Positions 24,007-34,659 of a DNA stretch of 35,559 bases are shown here, one piece after another (within the stretch, counting starts at the first letter, position 1; every line of letters starts with the position of its first letter). The notes under the pieces are model-generated. The model searched no databases. It was not told the DNA's origin and worked only from the letters and a program-made list of their open reading frames with translations. Both the position numbers and the translations under genes were made by a program. Source of the DNA: Nemertoderma westbladi (lineage: Eukaryota; Animalia; Xenacoelomorpha); the NCBI GenBank assembly GCA_032718475.1, contig JAUCBJ010001531.1, positions 1-35,559 on the forward strand. The letters run 5' to 3'.

Positions 24007-26280
24007 CAGTGTTCGCGCTTTTAGACCTTTAACAGTTTAACCTGCTAATTTATGTGTCTTATGATCTCTGACAGCCTGCACAAAATATGACCACAGTAGA
24101 AGCCAGTCTAGCGCGGCGTATGGCCCACACCGTGTGTGGGAGACTGAATTCTATAGGCTAGAGTGAGGGGTAGGCTAATTTGTATTATTCGATTTATCTC
24201 TTCTATATAATCTCCAAAAACTATACTTACTTTCAGGGAAAATATCAACAGTTCCTTTAGATGCTGCGCTTTAAATAATCATACAGAGCTATGACTTATA
24301 CTAATTACAACGGAGATTTATGGAACATCACGGTTTTACATTCTTTAGGAATGTAGAATTATTCACTCGCACTCACTTTACTGACAATAATACCGAATTT
24401 GCTTAATTTGCCGACTGTTACCAATTTTACTCATATATAAGGAGAAATTTAGCTCGCTTACGTTGTTGGGGTTATGCAATAGCATTGTAATGGATTTCTC
24501 GTGCTTCTTGGCACGATAAGCTCCTAAAACGGCTTTGAATCTCTAAAAGTTCCAATGGGTGCTATATTTCCCCTTATTGTTTTGGTTCCCGGCTGATATG
24601 AAATATTTCCCACCAGAACACGGTCCTTCAATGACTTGTTATTTACGGACGTCCACAACCCTTTAATATAGTGCAAAAACACAGTGATTTCTGTTCTTCC
24701 CAAGATGTATATTGCTCCCTTCTGGCATATAAAAATAGTGTACTGTAACACCATAGAAAAACCTCTGGGATGAGGAAAAAGGAGAAACCGGTTGATGGGT
24801 GCTTTGAGGGGTCCGTTAGGATCCAAAGTATAGCCTCAAAATAATTAAAATAATCCAAAATATACAGAAAAATGCAGTATTTTTAGTCGTTTCGTTATGC
24901 TAAAAACACACTGAAAAAATACTTGAACAGCTTCACGCTATTGGAACTTGGCAACAGTGCAGAACACCAGGTTACCGCCTGAGTCCAAATAGGAGGGGTG
25001 GGACCGATTGGACGCAAACGGTTAGCTGTTACTCTGCCCTCAAACAAAACTATGCCGTCGATCCTGGCTGGCGAGCCTGGGATGAACTGTATAGCCAGCG
25101 GACAGAGTGCACTGCTACTTTGCCCCCAAAACTAAATAGTCGGTGCTGAGACGAACTAAGTAGCCAGTGGACAGAGTGCGCGAGGGCTCTGGGGCTAGTT
25201 AGCCAGCGAAACTCAGTCCGAGGCGGAATCGTCTTACCTTCCCAGCAACCACGAACCCGCCAAGGCCAGCCTGGGAACAAAGACGCCCACTACCCTGGAG
25301 CAGAGCCTAGTCTAGCTGCCGAGGCGGCCAACTATAAGGCTTGTCTTTTGGAGTGACTTTTCCATCCAAATGTGGCCCCTTTTAAACCCAGTGTGGGGTC
25401 AATATGAAGGTGACCCCTAATTATCACCTAAAAACAGTTTGTCTTTCTTGTGCAGTGATTTTACGTTCAACATGTAAATATAATTAATGCGTGGTTGTTT
25501 GACTGACCAATAACCGATTATTGATGAACGGCAAAGTTATCAATTATTCCTTTGTTAATAACTGTGTGAGAGTAATAGGTGGGTGAGGTTGGCATATGAG
25601 AGAAATGAGGGAGGTTGTGTAACTACTTTCTTTATTGGATTGCAGTGATTTGTGGGGGAGTAGCCGGCAATATTGGTTGGAGTTTGTGGGTGAGGCCGAC
25701 TAAGGATGACTGGGATGGAAATATGTCATAATATTGGATATAATCGGAGAGAAATATTACGATGGGAAAGGGGGGGGGAAGGGAATAATTGTGTAGTGAT
25801 TATTGAATTTTTAAATCAGAATCACGACGGAGTGTATTTTTAATGTTTGCCTACGGAGGCGCGAAAAATCGATTACAAGCATAAAATTCATACAGACCAC
25901 TGTAATTTAAGCCCAGCAATTGTTACTAATGTTCCCTCTGCTTACCTCGTAATAATAAAGAAAGTTAGTTGGGATTAATGATTATTCGTACGTATTCTCC
26001 AAATATAAACATTCATTTAATATGTTACCAAACAACAATGAATAACAGTATAAAACAGTACAAAATATGCGGTGCCGGCATTTAATCAGCAGTCAGATGT
26101 TTTCCGTTACAACAGTCCGAGTTTTTGATGTCATGATGTGCTTACAGCACATGCAGTGCAGCACAGAGAGATAATTTACTATAATCTGTAGCACTCCAGC
26201 CGCTGATGGTTTTGGGCAGAAGTCAGAATGAATGATTTTGTCGCACTGCAGCATATTCACATCTAAACAAGGCCTCAAGA
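24007..26280. mobile_element. Interspersed repeat copy A (unclassified, possibly one end of a hAT-type element), interrupted by a 1.39-kb insertion
   Basis: TGTTCGCGCTTTTAGACCTTTAACAGTTTAACCTGCTAATTTAT is identical at 24010 and 27009. Colinear similarity continues to about 26280 and 29540. CAGTGTTC start is hAT-like (inference). Confidence 0.7.
24486..25877. mobile_element. 1392-bp non-coding TGT...ACA element with ~22-bp imperfect terminal inverted repeats and 5-bp TSD AGCAT (solo LTR or Ginger-like non-autonomous transposon)
   Basis: AGCAT|TGTAATGGATTTCTCGTGCTTC ... GAGGCGCGAAAAATCGATTACA|AGCAT, 18/22 terminal match. Copy B has the empty site with a single AGCAT near 29115. Confidence 0.85.
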
Positions 26281-26504
26281 AACCGTAAAGTGAAAATTGT
26301 GCTGATTGGCCGGGAAAATAACATGGAGGCTACGGGACAAAGAAAAAAAGGAAAATGAAAATAAAGAAAAAAGAAAAAAAATAAAATACTGGCCATCGGG
26401 GTTTAACGGTTCTTTCTAATTCCCGTTCTCTCGCTTAGTACTCATAAGGGCGTCGGTGGACTTCTTGTGACTCAGGGTGCGCATTTCTCACCCTACTCGT
26501 GACG

Positions 26505-27005
26505 TTTGTGTGTGTCTCCCTGGAGGACGCCTCATAACACTTCAAATGGTTATGTGTCACCGTCAACAGTAGACACAAATGTTGTCGAACCATCGTATAC
26601 TGATCTGATTGCTGCAATAATTTCATCAGGAATCCCATATAATGAAAGTATGCTGAACATACGTGATCGAGAGACTGAATCAAAGGCCTTGAAGAAGTCA
26701 ACAAAGATAACAGCCAGATGCCTGTCTTTCTTTTTTGATAACTCTTCAATTATCCTTCTAAGTGCCAAAATGGGCTCCATGGTCCCACGACCTTTACGGA
26801 ACCCATTCTGATTTCCACGGAGCAGTCTCTCAATGGGATCCCTGATGCGATTTAATAGAATTCTATTGTATAGCTTTGCAGCAATCGTGATCAATGAGAT
26901 TCCCCGAAAAGAACCATAGAATGTTAGGTTGCCCTTCTTGGGAACTGGCACCAACTTATTCGTTTTCATTTTTTGTGGGACTCTTGTTGTTCTGCATATG
27001 TTTAC
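26505..27005 (-). mobile_element. RTE-like non-LTR retrotransposon reverse transcriptase fragment, degraded
   Basis: VPVPKKGNL..FRGISL..AAKLYNRILLNRI..NQNGFRKGR..FVDFFKAFDSV, then stops, then GVLQGD. Confidence 0.9.
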
Positions 27006-27304
27006 TATTGTTCGCGCTTTTAGACCTTTAACAGTTTAACCTGCTAATTTATATGTCTTATAATACCTGACATCCTGTACAAAATTGAACACAGCCGAAG
27101 CCAGTCTAGCGTGGCGTATGAACCACCAGAGGTGGGAGACTGGATTCTATGGCAGAGAGAGCCGTAGGACACTTTGTATTTATTCGATTGATCTTTACTA
27201 TATAATCTCCAAAAACGATGTTTATTTTCAGTTAAATACTAACAGTTCCTTTCAGGTGCTGCGCTTTAACTACTACGCAAAGATATGACTTATACTAATT
27301 ACAA

Positions 27305-28675
27305 TTATTTGCCAATACCGGCGTCATAATAAACACGGTTGGCCACGAACTCCTCGGCGGGGTTATCGGGACGGAGGAGTTTCGACGCGAATATACCGCG
27401 AAGAAAGTGGAGGAGTTTACGGCCCAGGTCGACCGGATCACCGACATAGCTGCGGTGGATCCCCACTGCGCGTACGCCGGGCTGGTGTTCGGTTTGTCGT
27501 GCCGGTGGCGGTACGTGTCGCGGGTAGTTCCTGGTGCAACCGACCACTTCGGGAAACTCGAAGGGTCGGTAGAACTCTTCCTCTGCCAGATCACCGGCAG
27601 AGCGTCGATTTCATCGGAAGAAAGACAGCTGCTGTCCCTGCCAGTCCGGCACGGTGGATTGGGCGTTCCGGTTCCCGCCGACCTCGACGCACAGTACGGC
27701 AACTCGCGCGATATGTGCGAATCGTTTCATCTAGCCGATACCCATTCGATGTCGGTGATCCGGGAGCGGCAGAAGCTGGCATTGGCTGCGCTGAAAGTTC
27801 GTGGGGCGCTGCACCTGAAAACTAAAACAGAAGAGGTTTACAGGAATATCTCGCCAAACCAACGCAAGTTGTGTGAGTTAACCTCAGAGAAAGGCGCTTC
27901 AACTTGGCTTAACACCAAACCGCTAACCCAAGTTCAAACTCACCTAGATAAGGAAGAGTTCAGAGACGCCCTGAGTCTACGTTACGGGTGGTCTCCTAAG
28001 GATCTCCCAGCTCGTTGTGCCTGTGGGGAGCGATTTTCCGCTTCGCATATTCTGTCGTGCCCTACTGGAGGTTTCCCCTCCATAAGGCACAACGAGATCC
28101 GCGATTTCGTGGCTGATTCCCTTACCGAGGTGGCGCACAATGTGGCAGTTGAGCCGATGCTCCAGCCACTGACAGGCGAGCAGTTCGCCCTCCGATCCGC
28201 TTCGACTGACCAGCAGGCGCGGCTGGACGTTTCGGTGAGTGGCTTCTGGGGCAACCGCTTCCAGAGGACCTTCATCGACGTTTCAGTATTCAACCCGCTG
28301 GCCGCTACGAACGCCGCCATGTCTTTGGATGCCGCCCATCGTCATCACGAGGACCGAAAGATCCGGAAGTACGAGGAGCGGGTGAGGCAGGTTGAACACG
28401 GCAACTTCACTCCCCTCCTCTTCACGGCTTTCGGCGGGATGTCCAAAGCCGCCACGCAGTTTGTTACTCGCCTGGCCCACAAGATCGCAGACAAAAGGGA
28501 GGTCCGGTACTCCGACAGTATCACCTGGGTTCGCCGGCGACTGAGTTTCGCGTTGCTGAGGTCGTCGCTGCTCTGTTTGCGTGGCTGTAGATCAGCTTCT
28601 CGCCGCCCAGTCCGCTGCAATATCGCGGAGGCGTCCATTCTCCTGGCGAATGCAAACTCGGACCCAACAGGCTGA
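27305..28675 (+). CDS. C-terminal part of the CRE-like ORF: end of RT, CCHC zinc finger, PD-(D/E)xK-type endonuclease; no start codon
   Basis: LFANTGV..GHELLGGVIG (late RT), LSLPVRHGGLG, GASTWL, FRDALSLRYG, CACG..HILSC, RHNEIRD, RLDV..GFW, DVSVFNP, KIRKY, FTPLLF..GGM. Confidence 0.85.
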   Translation, partial: LFANTGVIINTVGHELLGGVIGTEEFRREYTAKKVEEFTAQVDRITDIAAVDPHCAYAGLVFGLSCRWRYVSRVVPGATDHFGKLEGSVELFLCQITGRASISSEERQLLSLPVRHGGLGVPVPADLDAQYGNSRDMCESFHLADTHSMSVIRERQKLALAALKVRGALHLKTKTEEVYRNISPNQRKLCELTSEKGASTWLNTKPLTQVQTHLDKEEFRDALSLRYGWSPKDLPARCACGERFSASHILSCPTGGFPSIRHNEIRDFVADSLTEVAHNVAVEPMLQPLTGEQFALRSASTDQQARLDVSVSGFWGNRFQRTFIDVSVFNPLAATNAAMSLDAAHRHHEDRKIRKYEERVRQVEHGNFTPLLFTAFGGMSKAATQFVTRLAHKIADKREVRYSDSITWVRRRLSFALLRSSLLCLRGCRSASRRPVRCNIAEASILLANANSDPTG

Positions 28676-28936
28676 ATGGCAGTGCAGTGGTAGGCAGTGC
28701 AGTACACAGTACAGCAGTACATACTGTTTAAATAGCAATCTGGTTGCTAGGCAGCCGTCAAATACAGCTGGTGGTGGTTGTACAATGGTTTTTTAAATTA
28801 CCCGCGTTTCTGTAATTACTGTTTTTAATTGTTTGTTATAGTGCCTATAATTGTGTTTGTATTTCTGAAGGTTTTTATTATTTTGTGAATAAATGAGGCT
28901 TGTAAAGTAGTAAAAAAAAAAAAAAAAAAAAAAAAA
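27305..28936 (+). mobile_element. 5'-truncated CRE-clade non-LTR retrotransposon with restriction-like endonuclease; recent insertion
   Basis: TSD AATTACAA at 27297-27304 and 28937-28944. AATAAA at 28888-28893 and poly(A) from 28912. Uninterrupted frame 27305-28675. Confidence 0.92.
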
Positions 28937-29699
28937 AATTACAATGGGTAGGCATGAGATAACGCAAATGTTTACATCCTTTAGGGATGTATTATTGATT
29001 GTTCACACTCACACAACGGACAATAGTACTGAAACACGCTAATTTCCCATTGGTCACCAATTTTACTCGCATATAAGGAGAAACTTAATTCACGTACATT
29101 GGGGACTATGAAACAGCATAAACTCATACAAACCACTTTTATTTGAGCTAGGCAATTGTGAATAGTATTCCCCTCCGCTTACCTCAATAAATCATGAAAA
29201 CCAAGAGATCTACCAGTTATTCGTAAGTATTCTCCAACTATTAGCATTAATCAATAGGTTACAAATCACAATATATTATAACAGCATAAAACAGTATAAA
29301 ATGCGGTGGTGTGGCAATATCAGAATGTCAGGATGTGCTGCAGTGAAAGTGACACCATGCTGAAGTAGTATAGACGTTGCAGACCTGTATAAACGTTTAC
29401 ACCACGTAAACGTTTAATAGATTTGCATTCTGTGATCTCTCTGGCCACTGATGTTTCTGGGCGAAAGTCAGGAAGTGTATAAACACTCACTGAAGGAGTT
29501 GCAGCAATAACCTTGCCTGAAGTAGTCAACAAGGCATGAATCACCATCGAATGTCGTAGAATCCATGGAATCAGGCAGAACTCCAATCAGGAACCAGTAG
29601 CCATGCCATCAATCCTTAACCCAGGGATCCGGTAATTCACCTCAGGCGTAACACCATCTACTCCACTGGCACGATTGGTCTTACTGCTCTTTGCAGCAG

Positions 29700-30420
29700 C
29701 CTTCACTTCTGCAAAGGAGATATCGCCAATGGGAATATGTGCTTTGTACCTTTCTGATGGGTTGCTGTGAAGTTAAACCGGGACATGCATGTCTTGAGCT
29801 TGAGCAGCCTATCATTGTGTACCTGGTCAAGCCTCCGTTCATTAATGATGGGTATGAGTGGTCTGCAGTCGGTAAGGATCGGTAAGGAGTTCTAAGTGGA
29901 GTAATCCATCGAGGAAGTACTTGCACTTCTTTGCTGCCCATGCTGCCCCCAATGCCTCAAATTTTGACATTTCAGACCAGTTAGACTTGTGGGGGGCGAA
30001 TGTCCGGGATCCACACTGGACTGTGAGCCAGCAGTTCTGTAGTGGGTCGAGTTGGCTGAGTAAGAAACCGAGGCCATGTAATCGAGATACATCAGTGAGA
30101 AGTTGCGTTGTACGGTCTGGATAGAATCTTGAGAGGTATTTGGGGCTTGATAAGTGCACTGTTTCGAAGGCCTGTTGGTCCAATGACAGCAGTCAGTTTT
30201 AAGGCTGCGTAATGGTTCTAGGAGCTCTGTGATTTCTGGTGTGGAGTCCCAGAGCTGGTTTGCTAGGTCCATGAATAATCGGAGTTGTGTACGGTTTGTT
30301 GGGGTTGGAAAGTAACAAATGTCTTCAGTTAGACTGGTGTCGATTCTGTGGTGGCCATGGGAGAACGGAAACCCAATTGGGAATGGCCAGGTTGTGCAGT
30401 TGGCCACCAACCGACTCGAA
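29700..30420 (-). pseudogene. Decayed Ty3/Gypsy pol fragment: RT thumb and RNase H
   Basis: FPTPTNRTQLRLFMDLANQL..LLEPLR; TQLLTDVSRLHGLGFLLSQ; VQCGSR; AWAAKKCKYFLDGL..LTD; PLIPIINERRLD. Spread across frameshifts. Confidence 0.85.
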
Positions 30421-30424
30421 GGTC

Positions 30425-30822
30425 CATGCTGGGCTCTAACTTCTGAGGACACCAAATCTCTGGATGGCACATTCACAAGAATGCTACGCCGGATTCGCTG
30501 TGTCAAGTACAATGCACACATCTCCAACCAGACACTATATAACATTGGAGGTATTTCATTGGTTTCCCCAAGCTTGCAAAAGTACAAAAGCCGCCTCTGC
30601 TTTGAAGGACATTGCTTTCGACGTGAGGACCAGCCAGTGCATAATCTTGTGCAGTGGCAGCCACACGGAGTGAATAAGAATGGTGGACAGCCCATGACTT
30701 TCTTGAGATGCATCTTAAAGGACACTGGCCTTGAAGATACGGATGATCTAGCAAATGTCATAGGTGATAGGGAGTTCTGGTGGTGCAATTTTGTCGACAA
30801 GCCGGCACAGCATTCTTAAAAA
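30425..30822 (+). mobile_element. 3' coding fragment of an RTE-like LINE lying inside the old Gypsy element, opposite strand
   Basis: WALT....SLDGTFTRMLR...HISNQTLY...RLCFEGHCFR...LVQWQP.G...ILKDTGL...DR..W, typical of the RTE ORF C-terminus. Confidence 0.8.
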
Positions 30823-31077
30823 TGCAGCTGCAATGCAGCATGCAGATCCTAGTAGTAGTAGACACGAAGGTTGCCATCGAAATGACAGTAATATTCGCTC
30901 CTGTATCTGGGAGGAATTGGATGTCAGGTTGGCTGTGTTGCGGTAATTTAGTGACTTGGAGTTCAATTGAGACCGTATCCAGGGATTCTAGCTGCTCCAG
31001 TGCTGATACTGTTGGAATGTGTGGGGGTAATTCCTCGTTGATGATCGTACAGATCTGTGCGGAACTGACGGATTGGT
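30823..31077 (-). pseudogene. Gypsy aspartic protease fragment of the old element
   Basis: Minus-strand FLPDTGANITVIS at 30878-30916 (retroviral DTG motif); not in the ORF track. Confidence 0.8.
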
Positions 31078-31247
31078 TGTGACGGGATCCACCCAGGATC
31101 CCGGTTTATCCGGTTTCTAAACTACGCGTCGTCCCCGCCGTGTGTATGTGAAAAGGTGGAAACAGTTATTGATCATTGTATACAGTTCCAGGGTATAATA
31201 GTATAAGACAAGATAAGATATAAGTGAATAATATAAGTGTACCGGTA
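31078..31247 (-). repeat. Truncated 3' LTR (terminal 170 bp only)
   Basis: Identity with the 5' LTR stops abruptly at TACCGGTA, where it joins ORF sequence. Confidence 0.9.
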
Positions 31248-34057
31248 CTCCGCTACTTCCGGGTTTAATCCCGTCGTCCGCGCTATCCTATCGCCTACAT
31301 TATTCCTGTCAGCATGGCCTATGGTATGTGCAGTAAGGCCTACAGTATGTCCCACAGTCTGTATGTGCCGCTCGGGATCGAAGTTTAATCTTCTCGAATA
31401 ATCCTCCCCGCGGCTACCGTATTCTCGATCGGTAGCTATATCCCGCCGGGAAGTTTCTCTTCGACCCCCTCCACTACTCTCGTCCTCGTGCCGGTACATC
31501 GCGTACCCCACTATCGGCGCGTAGTGCGCCTCGTCAGGTCGCGCCTCTCCGGGGCGACGGCAATCTCCCGAAGTTCGACCCCACCGACTCTCCGTTCCCA
31601 CCTCGACTATCGACGGCTCGCTATCCGTCCTCGCTCTCCTATCGTTCGCGGCGACACTTCTCCTACTATCTTCTCTTCTTCTCTCTCCAGTGCAGTATTC
31701 CCGCTCGTGAGATCTCTCCTCCATCTCCCGGTTAAACTCCACTGTTCTTCTTCCCTCTTCTGATCGGGCTCGACGCTTCGTCTGCCCTCTCGCGACGTCA
31801 ACCTGCCTCTCTCTGCTCGATCGCACGTCGCTGGGGATACTCGCAATCCCCCTATTACTCTCCGTCGCCGGGTGTTGCGGTTTACCTAGCTCGGCCCGCG
31901 CATTATCCGCCGACGCCTGTGGGACACTCTCTGCCCCCCCCCCCCCCTCTCGCTACTAATCTGTCGTGGTGGGGCACCCGCCCGCAGCCCCCCCCCCCCC
32001 CACCCGCCGCATCTAACTTCACTATCTCTCACTTCGTCTCTACACCCCTCTCTAGTCGACGCACTGTCTCCACCACGGCTGGGTCCATTCACCCCCGCCT
32101 CTCTCTCTACTACTGCGTGGCCTACCAGGCCCACCTCGGGTTGGCTCAACCCCGCTACCTCCTGCCTACCAACTACGTGGCCTACCAGGCCGCCGTCGGG
32201 TTGGCTTAACCCCGCCACTTCCTGCCTACTAACTACGTGGCCTACCAGGCCCCCGTTTGCCGGGTTGTGTATGTCCGACACGTTCACGTTAATAGCACCA
32301 CTGTGATTGTCGCCTGTTAAACCAATTTGGTCCTCTAGTTCACCTAAATTATTTTGTGCACCAAAATTAGAAACAGAATTATTTTGTTCGTTCGAGATAA
32401 GATTATTTGAATTATTTTGCGTGGGTACATTATTTGAATTATTTTGCAAATTCGGATTTGGATCATTATTTAAATTATTTGGATTAATTTGTAAATTCGA
32501 ATTCGGATTATTATTTAAATTATTTGGGTTAATTGCATTTAAGTTTAAATTACTACTACTAGGTAAAATATTTCCTGGAATAAAGGTTTGGTTAGAATTG
32601 TCCAATACGGTACTATTAATATTAACGTCGTCTACTGTAGTATTATTATTACCCCCCCCCCCCCCCCCCCCCCGCCCGTACGGTCACACCAGTCTCGGGT
32701 TTGTCGTGCGGTTCCTGTAAGTGGGGTATTAATAAATGTTTCCTCGACCCTTGGTTCCTCGAAAGCAGTCGAGCCAGCGTCACTCTCTGACAACCCCATC
32801 TGCGCCAGTTTCAGTTTGTGTTTCTGTCTGGTTTGGTACTGAATAAGCTCCCTCCGACGGGCATTTAAAACCTCCCTCACACGCGTCTCCTCTGCCATTC
32901 TCTCCTTATTCTCCCGCGCGCTTTGCTCGGCCAATTCCTTCTCTCTCTCAGCTCTCTCCAGTCGTCTTGCCTCCCTCGCCACCTCACGCTCTTTGCTTTC
33001 CGCCTCACGCTCCTTACGTTCCGCCTCGCGCTCTTTACGTTCACTCTGCTCTCTCGCTTCACGCTCCTCTTGTTCCTTCCTCCCTATTTCCTCGCACTCC
33101 CTAAAGCTTCTCGCGGCCTTCTCGGCCCTCTCTCCGGTCTCCCTAACCAGTTCCATTTCCTTCTCTAATAGCGCCCTCCCCTCCTCTAACTGTCTCTCTA
33201 CTTCTCTCTGGTCTTGCGCCGCTAGATCGACTTGGTAAGCCAAATTTAATTCCATCACCCGTCTTTCTTTTGCGGAGGATGTAGCAGACTTATCGGTTGC
33301 GACGGATTCCCTCCGCCTTCCCGTCCTACTAACTTTCCCCCGCCTCCCGGAACTTCCTCCGACCGACGAGACCGAATCCTCGGGGTTAACCTCGGATTCG
33401 CCCTCCTGCGGTCTCCTCCAACCCACTAATTTTATTCCCCGGGCATCGACTAAGTATGGCCCTATGTACACTACACTAGCCCGCATACTCATACACTCCC
33501 ATAGATCAGACAGTTCGCTGGCAACCCCTTTCGCTCTGTCCTCGGCTAGTTCTCTCTGTCCAAAGCGCATTAGGTAGTTGAAATGTTCGTTCGACTCACC
33601 TAGTCTTTTCTTCAACTTTACCTCATCTATCTTCGCCCCTCCTTTGGCCTCTTTAAGTATCTTCTCGGGTCGCGTTGTAAGCCCGTCGAAGTCGATCGCT
33701 GACCCCGACGTCCTCATCGCCGACATCTCCTCCATCTCTCCGGGTCCGGCGTCGTACCGTCGGTCCCACCGTCGCCGTTCCGGTGGGCTGTCCATCGCCC
33801 TCGGCCTGTGGCTGGCCGGCGACATTGGTACGTCGACCCCCGCTCCGCGTCGACTCGTCTTTCTCTTCTCCCGTCTCGTCTCCTCCTTCTCTCGACTCGC
33901 TCTCCGGTTGTAGACGGCCCCCCTCATCTTGGATTGCCGGATCGCCCGTTACCGATGGGTCCGGCGTCGCGGGTCTATACTGTCTGGTCGCAGCCTCGCG
34001 GATCGTTAGGTCTCCATCCGGGCTCCGCGGCGGTGTCGTTTCTCCCGTTTGACTCAT
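31248..34057 (-). pseudogene. Gag-like low-complexity coding region (E/R/K coiled coil, Asn-rich tract, 20-aa repeats, R/E-rich tail), broken into several ORFs
   Basis: Consecutive minus-strand ORFs 34057-33653, 33927-32632, 32605-31886, 31826-31173. The 33927/32605 break is at a 22-C run. PEDSVSSVG followed by an S/R-rich tract and a coiled coil resembles BEL/Pao gag N-termini (inference). Confidence 0.6.
32112..32256. repeat. 60-bp coding tandem repeat, about 2.5 copies
   Basis: CGTGGCCTACCAGGCC recurs at 60-bp spacing; encodes GLVGHVV.RQEVAGLSQP on the minus strand. Confidence 0.9.
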
Positions 34058-34142
34058 CTTGTACTTTAGATTGGTGGCTGGAAGTCAGTTTGGGCTGTTG
34101 GTATCTATTACTGTCTTAGGACGGCAGCTCGGTTCTAAATAC

Positions 34143-34659
34143 TGTGACGGGATCCACCCAGGATCCCGGTTTATCCGGTTTCTAAACTACGCGTCGTCCC
34201 CGCCGTGTGTATGTGAAAAGGTGGAAACAGTTATTGATCGTTGTATACAGTTCCAGGGTATAATAGTATAAGACAAGATAAGATATAAGTGAATAATATA
34301 AGTGTACCGGTAAAATGATATGCAATGATGACTGGATGGAGATGACGGTATTTAGAGTTCCGGTACCTAACTAACTGACTTACTATAAGTGAATGAAATG
34401 ATTACTGTATTGATAATATATATTGCACGGTTGGCCGTGTTACATTACTCAACCGATGCCTTCCCCCCATTGGCTAATAACCCTGTTGTCGCCCTTTGCC
34501 TCCCCTGGAGGGTTTCCCTTTGCCCCTGTTGCTCTCTCTCTCTCTCAGGGGTGTAACCCCTGACCCTTATTGTGTGTGTGTGCGTGCTTTCTCCTTCCCA
34601 CTTTGTTGGGGTGACAGGAGGTTGATTGCTCACCCTCGTGTTCCCCAATATTGCTTAAC
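34143..34659 (-). repeat. 5' LTR (~517 bp) of the young element
   Basis: Ends ...GGATCCCGTCACA on the minus strand. Outer boundary set by the resumption of host Gypsy sequence at 34660; the outer terminus and TSD are imperfect (only GGT is shared). Confidence 0.8.

Larger units (their letters stand above)
27009..29540. mobile_element. Interspersed repeat copy B, interrupted by the CRE-like LINE
   Basis: Colinear with copy A at 27009-27304 and 28945-29540, for example TTATTCGTAMGTATTCTCCAA and TAACAGYATAAAACAGTAYAAAAT. Confidence 0.7.
31078..34659 (-). mobile_element. Young pol-less LTR retrotransposon (deletion derivative, possibly BEL/Pao-like) nested in the old Gypsy element
   Basis: Direct repeats 31078-31247 and 34143-34312 are 169/170 identical and both start TGTGACGGGATCC on +. 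Minus-strand gag-like ORFs lie between them. Removing the element rejoins the host frame (...KLN-QSV...). Confidence 0.85.

Noticed and set aside
25140-25225. Possible hammerhead ribozyme (CTGAGA...CGAAA)
   Set aside because: The core CUGANGA is not matched (CTGAGAC) and I could not build the three stems.
24524-25280. Short ORFs inside the 1.39-kb element
   Set aside because: No integrase, transposase or gag motifs seen.
27305-27406. 5' inversion (twin priming) of the CRE insertion
   Set aside because: The plus strand is in frame with the main ORF and encodes late RT motifs, so this is a simple 5' truncation.
29892-30819. 302-aa minus and 166-aa plus ORFs as genes
   Set aside because: Chimeric frames crossing the RTE/Gypsy junction.
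34435-34444. CCGTGTTACA as the outer LTR end
   Set aside because: No TSD follows, similarity to the solo LTR continues past it, and host Gypsy sequence resumes only at 34660.
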